NCBI GenBank assembly: GCA_012841405.1
Contig: DUUT01000054.1
Span: 6,220-70,219, forward strand
Length of the DNA stretch: 64,000 bases
Source: Chloroflexota bacterium
GTDB lineage: Bacteria; Chloroflexota; Anaerolineae; UBA1429
Direction: 5' to 3'
Under the pieces are notes generated by a model, which saw nothing but the letters and a program-made list of their open reading frames with translations, was not told the origin of the DNA and ran no database searches. The position numbers and the translations under genes are program-made. Below are positions 29,269-38,296 of the stretch, piece by piece; positions within the stretch are counted from its first letter, which is position 1; the number at the start of each line of letters is the position of its first letter.

Positions 29269-29538
29269 GTGACGGAGGCATTCGTGCTCACCCTGGCCCG
29301 CGATACGCTGACCATGACGCTCATGCTCGCGGCGCCGATCATGGGGGTGGGGCTGATCATCGGGCTGGGGGTGAGCATCTTTCAGGCGCTCACGCAGATC
29401 CACGAGATGACGCTCACCTTTGTGCCCAAGCTGATCGGCATGGCGCTGGTGATCGTCATCCTGGGGCCCTGGATGCTGCAGAACCTGCTCCAGTTCACGA
29501 CGCGCATGCTGGGCGGGTTGGCGCCCATGGCGCGCTAG
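29269..29538 (+). CDS. fliQ: Flagellar type III export gate protein FliQ
   Basis: 89 aa, two TM segments. ...LMLAAPIMGVGLIIGLGVSIFQALTQIHEMTLTFVPKL is the FliQ signature. Confidence 0.9.
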   Translation: MTEAFVLTLARDTLTMTLMLAAPIMGVGLIIGLGVSIFQALTQIHEMTLTFVPKLIGMALVIVILGPWMLQNLLQFTTRMLGGLAPMAR

Positions 29539-29565
29539 ACGCATGCACAGGACGAGGAGAGACGT

Positions 29566-30336
29566 GTGACCTTTACCATCGCCCAGGCGGAGCACGTGCT
29601 GCTCGTGACGGTGCGCGTACTAGCCATCACCATGGTGGCGCCGGTGTTCAGCACGTCGCGCTACCCGGCGCCGGCCAAGATCGGCTTGGCGCTGGTTGTC
29701 GCCGGCATCATCGTACCCACCCTGCCTCCCATCGAAGAGACGTGGGGCCTGTTCCCGCTGGCGTTCCTGGTGGGGCAAGAGTTCCTGGTGGGACTCATCA
29801 TCGGGTTCTGCAGCCTGATCGCCTTTGTGGGCGTGCAGATGGCGGCCACGTACATCGGCTTACAGGCCGGGTTTCGCATGGCCGACATGCTGAACCCCAA
29901 CATGCCCGACCTGGTACAGCAACAGGGCTCGTCCCTGGAACAGGTCTACACGGTGCTGGTGGTGCTGGTGTTCCTGGCGGTGGATGGCCACCACTGGATC
30001 ATCATGGGCATTCAGCGCAGCTTTGACCTGGCACCGGTAGGGCCGCTCGCCCTCGATGGACTGGCGGGCGAGCGGCTGGTGACGCTGGCGAGCACGCTCT
30101 TTACCATCGCGCTATCGATTGCCATGCCCATCATGGGCACGCTCCTGCTGCTAGACGTCGCCCTGGCCATCATTGCGCGCGCAGTGCCCCAGGTGCAGGT
30201 GTTCTTTGTCGGTGCGCCGGTCAAGATGGCCTTGGGATTGGTAACGCTCATCCTCTCGCTCCCGTGGATGGCGAGCTATATGGTTGATCGCCTGGGGCGA
30301 GTGATTGACGACATGCTGATCGTGCTGGTTGCGTAG
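29566..30336 (+). CDS. fliR: Flagellar type III export gate protein FliR
   Basis: 256 aa polytopic membrane protein between fliQ and flhB. RVLAITMVAPVFS......P...K..LAL and later FliR-like segments. Confidence 0.9.
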   Translation: MTFTIAQAEHVLLVTVRVLAITMVAPVFSTSRYPAPAKIGLALVVAGIIVPTLPPIEETWGLFPLAFLVGQEFLVGLIIGFCSLIAFVGVQMAATYIGLQAGFRMADMLNPNMPDLVQQQGSSLEQVYTVLVVLVFLAVDGHHWIIMGIQRSFDLAPVGPLALDGLAGERLVTLASTLFTIALSIAMPIMGTLLLLDVALAIIARAVPQVQVFFVGAPVKMALGLVTLILSLPWMASYMVDRLGRVIDDMLIVLVA

Positions 30337-30348
30337 GAGAACGAGGCC

Positions 30349-31443
30349 GTGCCCGAGAGGACCGAAGCTCCCACGCCCCACCGCATCGCCGAGGCGCGTC
30401 GGAAGGGGCAAATCGCTCGTAGCACAGAGATCAACACCGCGCTGCTGCTCCTGGCGGGCTTTTGGATGCTGGGGCCCATGGCCCAGCGGTTGGCTTCAGA
30501 GCTCGCCCATATGACGCGCGAGTGCTTTACCTGGCCACTGGCGCAGGAGGAGCTCACGGTGAGTGGGCTGCTCCATGGTGGCCTCGGTGTGGGCCTGCGC
30601 TTTGGCCTGCTGCTGGCGCCGTTCGTGGGGGTGCTGATGGTCACGGGCATCGGGGCCAACGTGCTGCAGACGGGGCTGTTCTTTTCCTTTGCAGGGCTCA
30701 AGCCGAATCTGAGCAAGCTGAACCCACTGTCTGGTCTGCAGCGCATCGTGTCCAAGCAGGGGGTCATCGAGCTCGCCAAGGCCTCGCTCAAGATCGCCGT
30801 GGTGGGGCTGGTGGCCTACGGCGGCATCCGCAAGGCCTATCCCGAGCTGCTGACCCTGCCGCACCATGGCCTGGCCCATTCCTGGGCGACATGGCAAGGC
30901 ATTGCCCTGAACCTAGGGCTGCGCATTGGCATGACGTTCATGGGCTTGGCCGTCATGGACTACCTCGTGCAGCGCTGGCAGTGGTGGCAGGGCCTGCGCA
31001 TGACGCGCGAAGAGCTGCGTGAGGAGATGCGCCAGTCGGAGGGCGACCCGCAGCTGAAGGGCAGGCTCCGACAGCGCCAGCGCTACTTGGCCCAGAGCCG
31101 CATGATGGCGGCCGTGCCCACGGCGGATGTCGTGGTGACCAACCCCACCCACTATGCCGTGGCGCTCGCGTATGACGCCAAGACCATGGCGGCGCCCACC
31201 GTGGTGGCCAAGGGGCAGCGCCTGGTGGCGCAAAAGATCAAGGACCTGGCGCGGCAGCACCGTGTGCCCATCGTGGAGAACAAGCCGCTCGCCCAAGCGC
31301 TGTTCAAGTCGGTAGAGGTAGGCCACGAGATCCCAGGCAATCTCTACGATGCCGCCGCCGGCGTGCTGGCATACGTGTACAGCCTGAGATCCGTGCGCAG
31401 ACACGCCGCGCGGACGAGTACGAGGGTCCATCAATCGGCCTGA
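30349..31443 (+). CDS. flhB: Flagellar type III export switch protein FlhB
   Basis: PERTEAPTPHRIAEARRKGQIARS..I at the N-terminus, and the autocleavage site VVVTNPTHYAVAL (NPTH). Confidence 0.95.
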   Translation: MPERTEAPTPHRIAEARRKGQIARSTEINTALLLLAGFWMLGPMAQRLASELAHMTRECFTWPLAQEELTVSGLLHGGLGVGLRFGLLLAPFVGVLMVTGIGANVLQTGLFFSFAGLKPNLSKLNPLSGLQRIVSKQGVIELAKASLKIAVVGLVAYGGIRKAYPELLTLPHHGLAHSWATWQGIALNLGLRIGMTFMGLAVMDYLVQRWQWWQGLRMTREELREEMRQSEGDPQLKGRLRQRQRYLAQSRMMAAVPTADVVVTNPTHYAVALAYDAKTMAAPTVVAKGQRLVAQKIKDLARQHRVPIVENKPLAQALFKSVEVGHEIPGNLYDAAAGVLAYVYSLRSVRRHAARTSTRVHQSA

Positions 31444-31479
31444 GGCCTTTCCACCATCGAGACATAGGCAAAGCGAACC

Positions 31480-33573
31480 ATGACTGCAGCAGCGACCGTC
31501 GCCCAACCGAAAAACGCCTCGCAGCGCAACGACTTGTTCATCACCGTGGCCTTGGCCCTGATCATCGGCATGATGATCGCGCCACTGCCATCGTTGTTGC
31601 TCGACATGGCGCTGATCCTGAACATCGGCATCTCGGTGCTCATCGTGCTGATCGCTATGTACATCACCGAGCCGCTCCAGTTCTCCGTGTTCCCGTCGCT
31701 CCTGCTCATCATCACCCTCTTTCGGCTGGGCCTGAACGTCTCGGCGAGCCGCATGATCCTGGCTCAGGCGACGGCTGGACGCGTCATCGAGACGTTCGGC
31801 GGCTTTGTTGTCGGCGGCAACTATGTCGTGGGGGTGGTGGTCTTTGTCACCCTGTTGGTGATCCAGTTCCTGGTGATCACCAACGGCGCCGGCCGCGTGG
31901 CAGAGGTGGCCGCACGCTTTACGTTGGACGCCATGCCCGGCAAGCAGCTCAGCATCGATGCCGACCTGAACAGCGGCCTCATCGACGAGGCGGAGGCCCG
32001 CAGACGGCGCCGCATGGTCGAGCAGGAGGCGGATTTCTATGGGGCGATGGACGGCGCCTCCAAGTTCGTCAAGGGCGATGCCATCGCCGCCGTGGTGATC
32101 GTGGTGGTGAACATCATCGGCGGGTTCGTCATCGGCCTGTGGCAGCACGGCATGGACATCATCGAGGCGCTCGAGACCTATACGCTACTCACGGTGGGCC
32201 AGGGGCTGGTGACCCAGATTCCTTCCCTGCTCGTGTCCACGGCCACGGGGCTGATCGTCACGCGTTCGGCGTCCGAAGAGTCGCTGGGCAGCGATGTGAC
32301 GCACCAGCTCTCCGACGGCAATGCGATGATGCTGATGGCCGGTTTTCTTATCCTGCTGGGCCTCGTGCCGGGCATGCCCAAGGTCCCGTTCCTGGGGCTG
32401 GGCGTGGCGTTGGGGGTGGTGGCGGCCGTGATCCGCAGCCACCGGCAGGCCGTGGCCGGCGCGCTCGGCGAGGACGCCGAGGGGGCCCCGGCGGCCGGGG
32501 CCGCCCAGCTGGAGGCGGGCGACACGCCCAAGGCGCTGCTGCAGGTCGATCCGCTGGAAATCGAGCTGGGCTTTGCGCTCATCCCCTTGGTGGACGAGAC
32601 GCAGGAGGACAACCTCCTGAACCGCGTCACCAGCATTCGGCGCCAGCTCGCCATGGAACTCGGCTTTGTGCTGCCCAAGGTGCGCATTCGCGACAACCTC
32701 CGCCTGCCCACCAACCGCTACCGCATCAAGCTCCGTGGCGCCGAGGTGGGCCAAGGCGAGCTGTTGCTCGGCCAGATGCTGGCCATGCCCACACAGCCAG
32801 GCGTGCCCGAGCCCGAGGATGGCCACCGCACGGCCGAACCTGCCTTTGGCCTCCCTGCCTGGTGGGTGGACACGTCCACCCAGGCGCAACTCGAGCTCAT
32901 GGGCTACACCGTGGTCGACCCGCTGTCGGTGCTGGTGACGCACCTATCCGAGACGATTCGCGCCCACGCGCCGCAGCTCCTCAGCCTGCAGGACGTGCAG
33001 GACTTGCTGGATAACCTACGCCAGGCAGCGCCCGCCGCGGTGGATGGCGTGGTTCCTGAGCGCCTGACGCTGAGCGAGCTTCAGGAGGTGTTGCGCAACC
33101 TGCTGCGCGAGCGCGTCTCGATTCGTGACCTGGGAACCATCCTCGAGACGGTGAGCCGCTACGCGGATACCCGCGACACGGCACTCCTCACCGAGCTGGC
33201 GCGGCGTGCCCTTTCCTACGCCATCTCCGATCAGCATGCGGAGGAGGGCATCATCCACGTCGTGACCCTTGATCCGGCCACGGAGGCCGAGCTCGTTGAT
33301 CGGCTGGACCACGGGCAGGGAGGAGCGCCGAACGCACTGGCGCTGGACCCCGCCTCGGCGCAGGAGCTGCTCCAAGAGATCGGGCGCGCAGTGGAGCAGC
33401 TGGCCCAAGTGGGGCATCAGCCGATCCTACTCTGCTCGGCGGATGTTCGGCGGCCGCTGGCGCGCCTGACGGAGCGCTCGCTGCCGAACCTGACGGTACT
33501 GTCATACAACGAGATCGCGCCTACGGTACAGGTAGAGGCGCACGCCATGGTAACGCTACGCATGGCGGCGTAA
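31480..33573 (+). CDS. flhA: Flagellar type III export gate protein FlhA
   Basis: 697 aa. FSVFPSLLLIITLFRLGLNVSASR.IL, VVGGNYVVGVVVF..L.VIQFLVITNGAGRVAEVAARFTLDAMPGKQ.SIDADL, FYGAMDGASKFVKGDAIA. Confidence 0.95.
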   Translation: MTAAATVAQPKNASQRNDLFITVALALIIGMMIAPLPSLLLDMALILNIGISVLIVLIAMYITEPLQFSVFPSLLLIITLFRLGLNVSASRMILAQATAGRVIETFGGFVVGGNYVVGVVVFVTLLVIQFLVITNGAGRVAEVAARFTLDAMPGKQLSIDADLNSGLIDEAEARRRRRMVEQEADFYGAMDGASKFVKGDAIAAVVIVVVNIIGGFVIGLWQHGMDIIEALETYTLLTVGQGLVTQIPSLLVSTATGLIVTRSASEESLGSDVTHQLSDGNAMMLMAGFLILLGLVPGMPKVPFLGLGVALGVVAAVIRSHRQAVAGALGEDAEGAPAAGAAQLEAGDTPKALLQVDPLEIELGFALIPLVDETQEDNLLNRVTSIRRQLAMELGFVLPKVRIRDNLRLPTNRYRIKLRGAEVGQGELLLGQMLAMPTQPGVPEPEDGHRTAEPAFGLPAWWVDTSTQAQLELMGYTVVDPLSVLVTHLSETIRAHAPQLLSLQDVQDLLDNLRQAAPAAVDGVVPERLTLSELQEVLRNLLRERVSIRDLGTILETVSRYADTRDTALLTELARRALSYAISDQHAEEGIIHVVTLDPATEAELVDRLDHGQGGAPNALALDPASAQELLQEIGRAVEQLAQVGHQPILLCSADVRRPLARLTERSLPNLTVLSYNEIAPTVQVEAHAMVTLRMAA

Positions 33574-33598
33574 TGAACTGCCCGAGAAGGAGATTGCG

Positions 33599-34003
33599 AT
33601 GAGTACCATCCCATCCGAACCCATCGATGTAACCAGCGAGATGGAGACGTTCTGCCACTGGGGGATTCGCGTCGCATGGTACCTGTCGCTGTTGTGGGGT
33701 GGCCTGGTGTTGCTCCTGTCGTGGACGGGGGGCGCCGCAGCGGCGATAGCGGTAATCCGTGGGCTTGTCGCGTTCCTGGCGATCGGGCTCGTGGGTTGGG
33801 GCGTGAATGCCGTGATGGTGCACGCCGGCGCCCAAGACGCGCAAACCACGAGCGCGTCGGCGGACGCGATGGAGGGCTCGGAGACGCAGGAAACGGGCCC
33901 GGCGGACGAGGCGGCGCTTGCCGGTGTGGAAACGGAGGCGAACCGGGGCGATACGGCAACGATGGAGACCGACGCGGGCGCGCCTGCCGACGCGACCTCG
34001 TAA
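33599..34003 (+). CDS. Small hypothetical membrane protein with acidic C-terminal tail (occupies the usual flhF/flhG position)
   Basis: 134 aa. GAAGGAG RBS. Predicted TM helices (VAWYLSLLWGGLVLLLSW, AAAIAVIRGLVAFLAIGLVGWGVNAVMV), then an Ala/Glu/Asp/Thr-rich tail. No family recognised. Confidence 0.6.
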   Translation: MSTIPSEPIDVTSEMETFCHWGIRVAWYLSLLWGGLVLLLSWTGGAAAAIAVIRGLVAFLAIGLVGWGVNAVMVHAGAQDAQTTSASADAMEGSETQETGPADEAALAGVETEANRGDTATMETDAGAPADATS

Positions 34004-34048
34004 GAGTTGGGGCTAGAGTACGGGATAGACGCCTGGGGGGCGAGGCCA

Positions 34049-34873
34049 ATGGACGCGACAACTTCAAAGATGGATACAAAACAGATCTGGGAGCGGTATG
34101 ACGAGACGCGCGACCCGGAGCTTCGTCAGGAGATCATCACCCGGAATATGCACCTCGTGCGCTACGCGGTAGAGCGCCTGGGATTCGGTGTCTCTTACCT
34201 GGATCGCGAGGACCTGATCAGCGAGGGGATCATCGGCCTCATCGACGCCGTCGATCGCTTTGATCCCAAGCGGGGGATCCAGTTCGTCACCTATGCCACC
34301 ATCCGCATTCGGGGGCAGATCCTAGACGCCCTGCGCACGCGCGACCTCTTGCCGCGGTCGGCTCGTCGCCGGGTGAAGGGCATGCAGGAGGCGGTTCAGA
34401 CGCTCGTAGCGACACTAGGGGAGCCGCCCACCGAGGAGCAACTGGCTGAGTACATGAACGTCAGCGCTGAGCAGCTGCAGCAGACGCTGTGCGACGCCAG
34501 CCTCGAGATCTGCTCGCTGGATGCTCCCCTCGTCGAGGACGGGGAGACGTTCTCGCTGCAGAATCTCATCGAGGCATCGGAAGAGTTCGAGCCAGCCGAA
34601 CAGCAGGCCCGTGCCGAGCTGCACGAGGAGATGCGCCTGGCCATACGCAAGCTCCCCGAGCGGCAGCAGTTGCTCCTGTCGCTGTACTACGTGGAAGAGC
34701 TGACCATGCGCGAGATTGGCGAGGTGCTGTCGGTCTCCGAGTCGCGGGTGAGCCAGCTCCATGCTCAGGCGGTCACGAACCTGCGTGCTCTGCTCGAGAC
34801 TGCGGGCTATATCGAGAGGCCGCTCGTGCACGCGGCGCCAGCGCCCCTGGCCATGATGGCGGGGACTGCCTGA
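34049..34873 (+). CDS. fliA: Flagellar sigma factor FliA (sigma-28 / SigD)
   Basis: Region 2: DLISEGIIGLIDAVDRFDPKRGIQFVTYATIRIRGQILDALR. Region 4: LPERQQLLLSLYYVEELTMREIGEVLSVSESRVSQLHAQAV. About 270 aa, with no region 1 or region 3 expansion. The start could be 34049 or 34070. Confidence 0.9.
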   Translation: MDATTSKMDTKQIWERYDETRDPELRQEIITRNMHLVRYAVERLGFGVSYLDREDLISEGIIGLIDAVDRFDPKRGIQFVTYATIRIRGQILDALRTRDLLPRSARRRVKGMQEAVQTLVATLGEPPTEEQLAEYMNVSAEQLQQTLCDASLEICSLDAPLVEDGETFSLQNLIEASEEFEPAEQQARAELHEEMRLAIRKLPERQQLLLSLYYVEELTMREIGEVLSVSESRVSQLHAQAVTNLRALLETAGYIERPLVHAAPAPLAMMAGTA

Positions 34874-34938
34874 GCACGACGGCCGAACTGTGTCTGGAAT
34901 ATCACTGCGCCGGTGGGAACGGCCCCGGCTATGAAAGG

Positions 34939-35706
34939 ATGCGATCCGTGCGACACGAGCTCTTTGTAGGACGTGCTGCTCCAGTCATCATGGCGATGGC
35001 GCTGCTACTCGCCCTTGCACTGGCCCTGCCACCTGCCGCCAGCGCCAATGGCAAGGGGGTAACGGTCTATCTCGGTTACCTGCCCGAGGTGTCGACCTGG
35101 GGCCCCTTTGAAGCGACGGGAGAGGCCTATGTGAATGCGGGTGAGGCGCGCGCGCACATCACCGTCGACCACATGATCTACGATCCTGCCATCCGCTACG
35201 AGGTGTGGCTGGTCCGCGCGGATGACCGAAACAGTCTCTTTAGCGTGGGCTCCTTTGAGGTCGATAGCGACGGCCACGCGGACGTCGAGCTGTACAATCC
35301 CGACCTCAAGCCGGCCGAGTTCCGTTTCTTGGTCATCAGTGCCGAGCCCGTACCCGACGACGATCCGCGACCCGATGCGCGACGCACCGTGGCCGGTGTC
35401 TTTCCGAACGAGATGGCGCGGCCCGTCGCCGGTGGGGCCGCGGGCTTTGACGGCATATGGGCGCAACCCCCCGAGGCCGCCGGCGGCGCGGGAGCTCTAC
35501 ATGAGGGCTCGAATGCTGGGCCGCCGTCCGATGCTGTCGGCGCGGCTCCGCCCCGGTTGCCCGTGACGGGGGGCACCTCGACGCCGCTCGCTCTGGTGCT
35601 CGCCGTGATGAGCATGGCCTCGCTCGGCTTGGTCGTCGCCGGCGAACGCAAGTGCCGCATCGCTGCCCGCGCTCAACGCGAGCTGACACGAGGAGAAATG
35701 CAATGA
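34939..35706 (+). CDS. Secreted cell-wall-sorted protein: signal peptide, beta-rich ectodomain (RskA-C-like pattern), LPVTG sortase signal
   Basis: MRSVRHELFVGRAAPVIMAMALLLALALALPPAASA|NG signal peptide. Ectodomain with ...IRYEVWLVRADDRNSLFSVGSFEVDSDGHADVEL....FRFLVISAEPVPDD. C-terminal LPVTG (35557-35571) + GTSTPLALVLAVMSMASLGLVVAG + ERKCR. The upstream part of the 405-aa ORF is an out-of-frame overlap with fliA and was discarded. The stop overlaps the flgF ATG (ATGA). An alternative GTG start lies at 34948. Confidence 0.75.
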   Translation: MRSVRHELFVGRAAPVIMAMALLLALALALPPAASANGKGVTVYLGYLPEVSTWGPFEATGEAYVNAGEARAHITVDHMIYDPAIRYEVWLVRADDRNSLFSVGSFEVDSDGHADVELYNPDLKPAEFRFLVISAEPVPDDDPRPDARRTVAGVFPNEMARPVAGGAAGFDGIWAQPPEAAGGAGALHEGSNAGPPSDAVGAAPPRLPVTGGTSTPLALVLAVMSMASLGLVVAGERKCRIAARAQRELTRGEMQ

Positions 35707-36458
35707 TCGAGGGGATCTATACATCCGTTTCGGGCATGACGGCGGCCATGTGGCTGCAGGCGCGCCTGGGCCACGACATGACGAACGCCAACACCGTGGG
35801 TTACAAGAGCATCCGCACATCGCTGAGCGATTTCGCCGTGCTGCTGGAGACGATGGACGCCGAGGGGAACGTCAACATCCCCGATGTCATCGTGCACGAT
35901 GACGGCAACGGCGTGGCCATCGCCCAGGAGAGCACGGACTGGAGCCAGGGGCCGCTGCGGAACACGAATCGCCCTCTCGACGTGGCCATCTCGGGGCAGG
36001 GCTTTCTCGAGGTGCAGACCCCAGCAGGGATTCGCTACACGCGTGCCGGCAGGCTCCACCAGGATCAGGAGGGGATGCTCATCACTGCCGAGGGGCACGC
36101 AGTGATGGGAGATGCTGGGCCCATTCAGCTCCCTGTGGGCGACATCACCATCGGCGAGGGCGGAGAGGTGATTGTGGATGGCGAGCCGCGTGCGCGCCTC
36201 ACCATCGTCGAGTTTGGCAACCTCGAGGCGCTCGAACGGGTGGGAGGCACGTTATTCGTCGCGGGGGATGGCGCTCTGCCCCAGGCGGCCACCGAATCGC
36301 GCGTCCAGCAGGGCTATCTCGAAGGCGCGAACGTCGACATGAGCAGTAATATGACCAGCCTGATCGCCATCCAGCGCCTCTATCAGCTCGCTCAGCGCAT
36401 GACGCTGGCGCAAGATGATATCCTCAACCAGACCGTCAATGAACTGGCCAAAGTGTAA
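35703..36458 (+). CDS. flgF: Flagellar basal-body rod protein (FlgF/FlhO-like)
   Basis: MIEGIYTSVSGMTAAMWLQARLGHDMTNANTVGYKS... and C-terminal VQQGYLEGANVDMSSNMTSLIAIQRLYQLAQRM are rod-family N- and C-terminal motifs. Confidence 0.85.
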   Translation: MIEGIYTSVSGMTAAMWLQARLGHDMTNANTVGYKSIRTSLSDFAVLLETMDAEGNVNIPDVIVHDDGNGVAIAQESTDWSQGPLRNTNRPLDVAISGQGFLEVQTPAGIRYTRAGRLHQDQEGMLITAEGHAVMGDAGPIQLPVGDITIGEGGEVIVDGEPRARLTIVEFGNLEALERVGGTLFVAGDGALPQAATESRVQQGYLEGANVDMSSNMTSLIAIQRLYQLAQRMTLAQDDILNQTVNELAKV

Positions 36459-36503
36459 CACCCTGGGCGGACCGCCCCAGGTGATGTGCGAGGTATCCAC
36501 GCC

Positions 36504-37286
36504 ATGATCACAGCCCTAGCATCATCGTACAAGCTGGCCGCATCGGGCATGCGTGCCAACCAAATCCATCTCGACGTCGTATCGAACAACATTGCCAACG
36601 CCAACACTCCGGGGTTCAAGAGCAGCCACGCCTACTTTGCCGAGGCGCTGGACAGCGCCGCTGGGGGGCCCGACGCCCTCGATGCGCGGCGCTACCTCGG
36701 GGTCCGCGTCGCCAACACGAGCCCGAACCTCGCCCAGGGGACGTTGGCGCCCTCCGATGCGCCGTGGCACATGGCCATCGACGGGGCGGGCTACTTTCAG
36801 ATCCGCCTGCCCGATGGCACGCCGGCCTATACGCGTGACGGGCGCTTTGCCCTGGACGCCAGGCGTCGACTCGTGACCGTCGACGGCTATCTGCTCGAAC
36901 CGGCGGTGACGCTTCCCGAGGGCGCCCAAGAAGCGCACGTGAACCCCGATGGCACCATCATGGCCGAGTTTGCCGATGAGCAGGGGGGGCGCGAGCGGCG
37001 CGAGGTGGGGCGCATCACGGTGATGGGCTTTATCGTTCCCGAGCGCCTGCAGCACATTGGGAAGAACCTGTTCGCGGCGACGCCCGAATCCGGGGCGGCC
37101 ATGCCGCAGCGGCCGGACGGCCAGCCCTGGGGCGAGATCGTTGCCCAGGCCGTCGAGGGCTCGAACACAGAGCTCGCCGACGCCATGATGGACCTCGTCA
37201 GTGCGCAGCGGGCCTACGCCGTCTCGGCGCGGGTGCTACAGACCTATGACGAGATGGCCGCCGAGGCTGCCAACCTGAAGCGGTAG
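36504..37286 (+). CDS. flgG: Flagellar distal rod protein FlgG (FlhP-like)
   Basis: MITALASSYKLAASGMRANQIHLDVVSNNIANANTPGFKS... and C-terminal VEGSNTELADAMMDLVSAQRAYAVSARVLQTYDEM. Confidence 0.9.
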   Translation: MITALASSYKLAASGMRANQIHLDVVSNNIANANTPGFKSSHAYFAEALDSAAGGPDALDARRYLGVRVANTSPNLAQGTLAPSDAPWHMAIDGAGYFQIRLPDGTPAYTRDGRFALDARRRLVTVDGYLLEPAVTLPEGAQEAHVNPDGTIMAEFADEQGGRERREVGRITVMGFIVPERLQHIGKNLFAATPESGAAMPQRPDGQPWGEIVAQAVEGSNTELADAMMDLVSAQRAYAVSARVLQTYDEMAAEAANLKR

Positions 37287-37330
37287 CCGCCACGGATGGT
37301 CATCCATTCGTTGATCCGCCTCCCCCTGGG

Positions 37331-37358
37331 CTCAAGACAGCACCCTCCATGCCGATAC
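37331..37358 (+). promoter_or_regulatory. Sigma-28-type promoter of flgM-flgN-flgK-flgL-fliW-csrA: CTCAAG-N14-GCCGATAC
   Basis: CTCAAG ACAGCACCCTCCAT GCCGATAC, about 95 nt upstream of the flgM ATG. Same architecture as the fliC promoter. Confidence 0.55.
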
Positions 37359-37450
37359 TATCGCTGTAGTCGCGTCACCTTGCGACGAGTCCGTGTGGCT
37401 GGGCTCGGCCCAAGAGCCAACATCACTCTGGGGGAACAAGGAGTATCCTG

Positions 37451-37744
37451 ATGAGGATTGACGGCAGAACGGATCCAATCTACAGGATTACGCAAAAACT
37501 CTGTACGCCAGGCGGCAGGGATTCGGCGCGAGGAGACACCCCGGCGCTGCAGAGTAGCGACCAGGTGACACTCTCGTCGCGGGCCCAAGCGATCAGGCGC
37601 ATGTACCAGGCGCTCACAAGCGTACCGACCGAGCGCGCCGAGCGCATCGCGGCGCTGCGCGAGGCGGTACAAAGCGGCAGCTACGAGATCCCCGAGGATG
37701 CGTTGGCCGCACGCCTGATAGGCGTCATCTATCCGGAAAGGTAA
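37451..37744 (+). CDS. flgM: Anti-sigma-28 factor FlgM
   Basis: 97 aa. C-terminal ...ERAERIAALREAVQSGSYEIPEDALAARLI matches the FlgM sigma-28-binding region. AAGGAG RBS. Confidence 0.8.
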   Translation: MRIDGRTDPIYRITQKLCTPGGRDSARGDTPALQSSDQVTLSSRAQAIRRMYQALTSVPTERAERIAALREAVQSGSYEIPEDALAARLIGVIYPER

Positions 37745-37747
37745 GGT

Positions 37748-38266
37748 ATGCGCGATCACATCGGCGCATCAGAGCTAACGTCTTTGGTCGAGGCCGAGGT
37801 CGGTATCTGCGACGAGATGGTGCATCTGGCGCAGCGCGAACAGCACGCACTGGCCCGCTTTCGGCCGGCGCATCTGCCCGAGCTCCTCGCCGCGCAGGAC
37901 GATTGCGCGCATCGCTTTGCCCGAACCCATGAGGCGTTGGAGGCATCCATCGGTAGGGCTGCGGAGCACGTGGGCATCGCCGATGCGGGCAGCCCATCGC
38001 TAGACGTCTCTGCCCTCTTGCCATACCTCCCGCCGGATGCGCGGGAACGCCTCGAGGACCTGCGTAGCGCATTGGAGGGGCGGGCCTACACCCTCGCCGT
38101 GCTGAATGCTCAGAACGCCCTGCTCGTGCGCACGGGGCTCGTGCAGCTGGGCCAGACGGCGAACGTGCTGGCCGATGTGCTCGGTGAATCCCCGGCCTAC
38201 GGCGCGAGCGGCAGTGTGTGCCTGCCTACTGCCAACCACACCCTTGTCCTCGACCGCCAGGCGTAG
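37748..38266 (+). CDS. flgN: FlgN-like export chaperone (for FlgK/FlgL)
   Basis: 172-aa helical protein between flgM and flgK. ...LVEAEVGICDEMVHLAQREQHALARFRPAHLPELLAAQD... resembles the FlgN family. The assignment rests mainly on position and composition. Confidence 0.55.
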   Translation: MRDHIGASELTSLVEAEVGICDEMVHLAQREQHALARFRPAHLPELLAAQDDCAHRFARTHEALEASIGRAAEHVGIADAGSPSLDVSALLPYLPPDARERLEDLRSALEGRAYTLAVLNAQNALLVRTGLVQLGQTANVLADVLGESPAYGASGSVCLPTANHTLVLDRQA

Positions 38267-38296
38267 GGTGCGGGCGAGGGCCCCCCAGAAGGAGGT

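Noticed and set aside
34489-34938. N-terminal 150 aa of the 405-aa ORF 34489-35706.
   Set aside because: This part overlaps fliA out of frame and is Arg/Ala/Gly-rich. A proper signal peptide begins at ATG 34939 (or GTG 34948), so the gene was trimmed.
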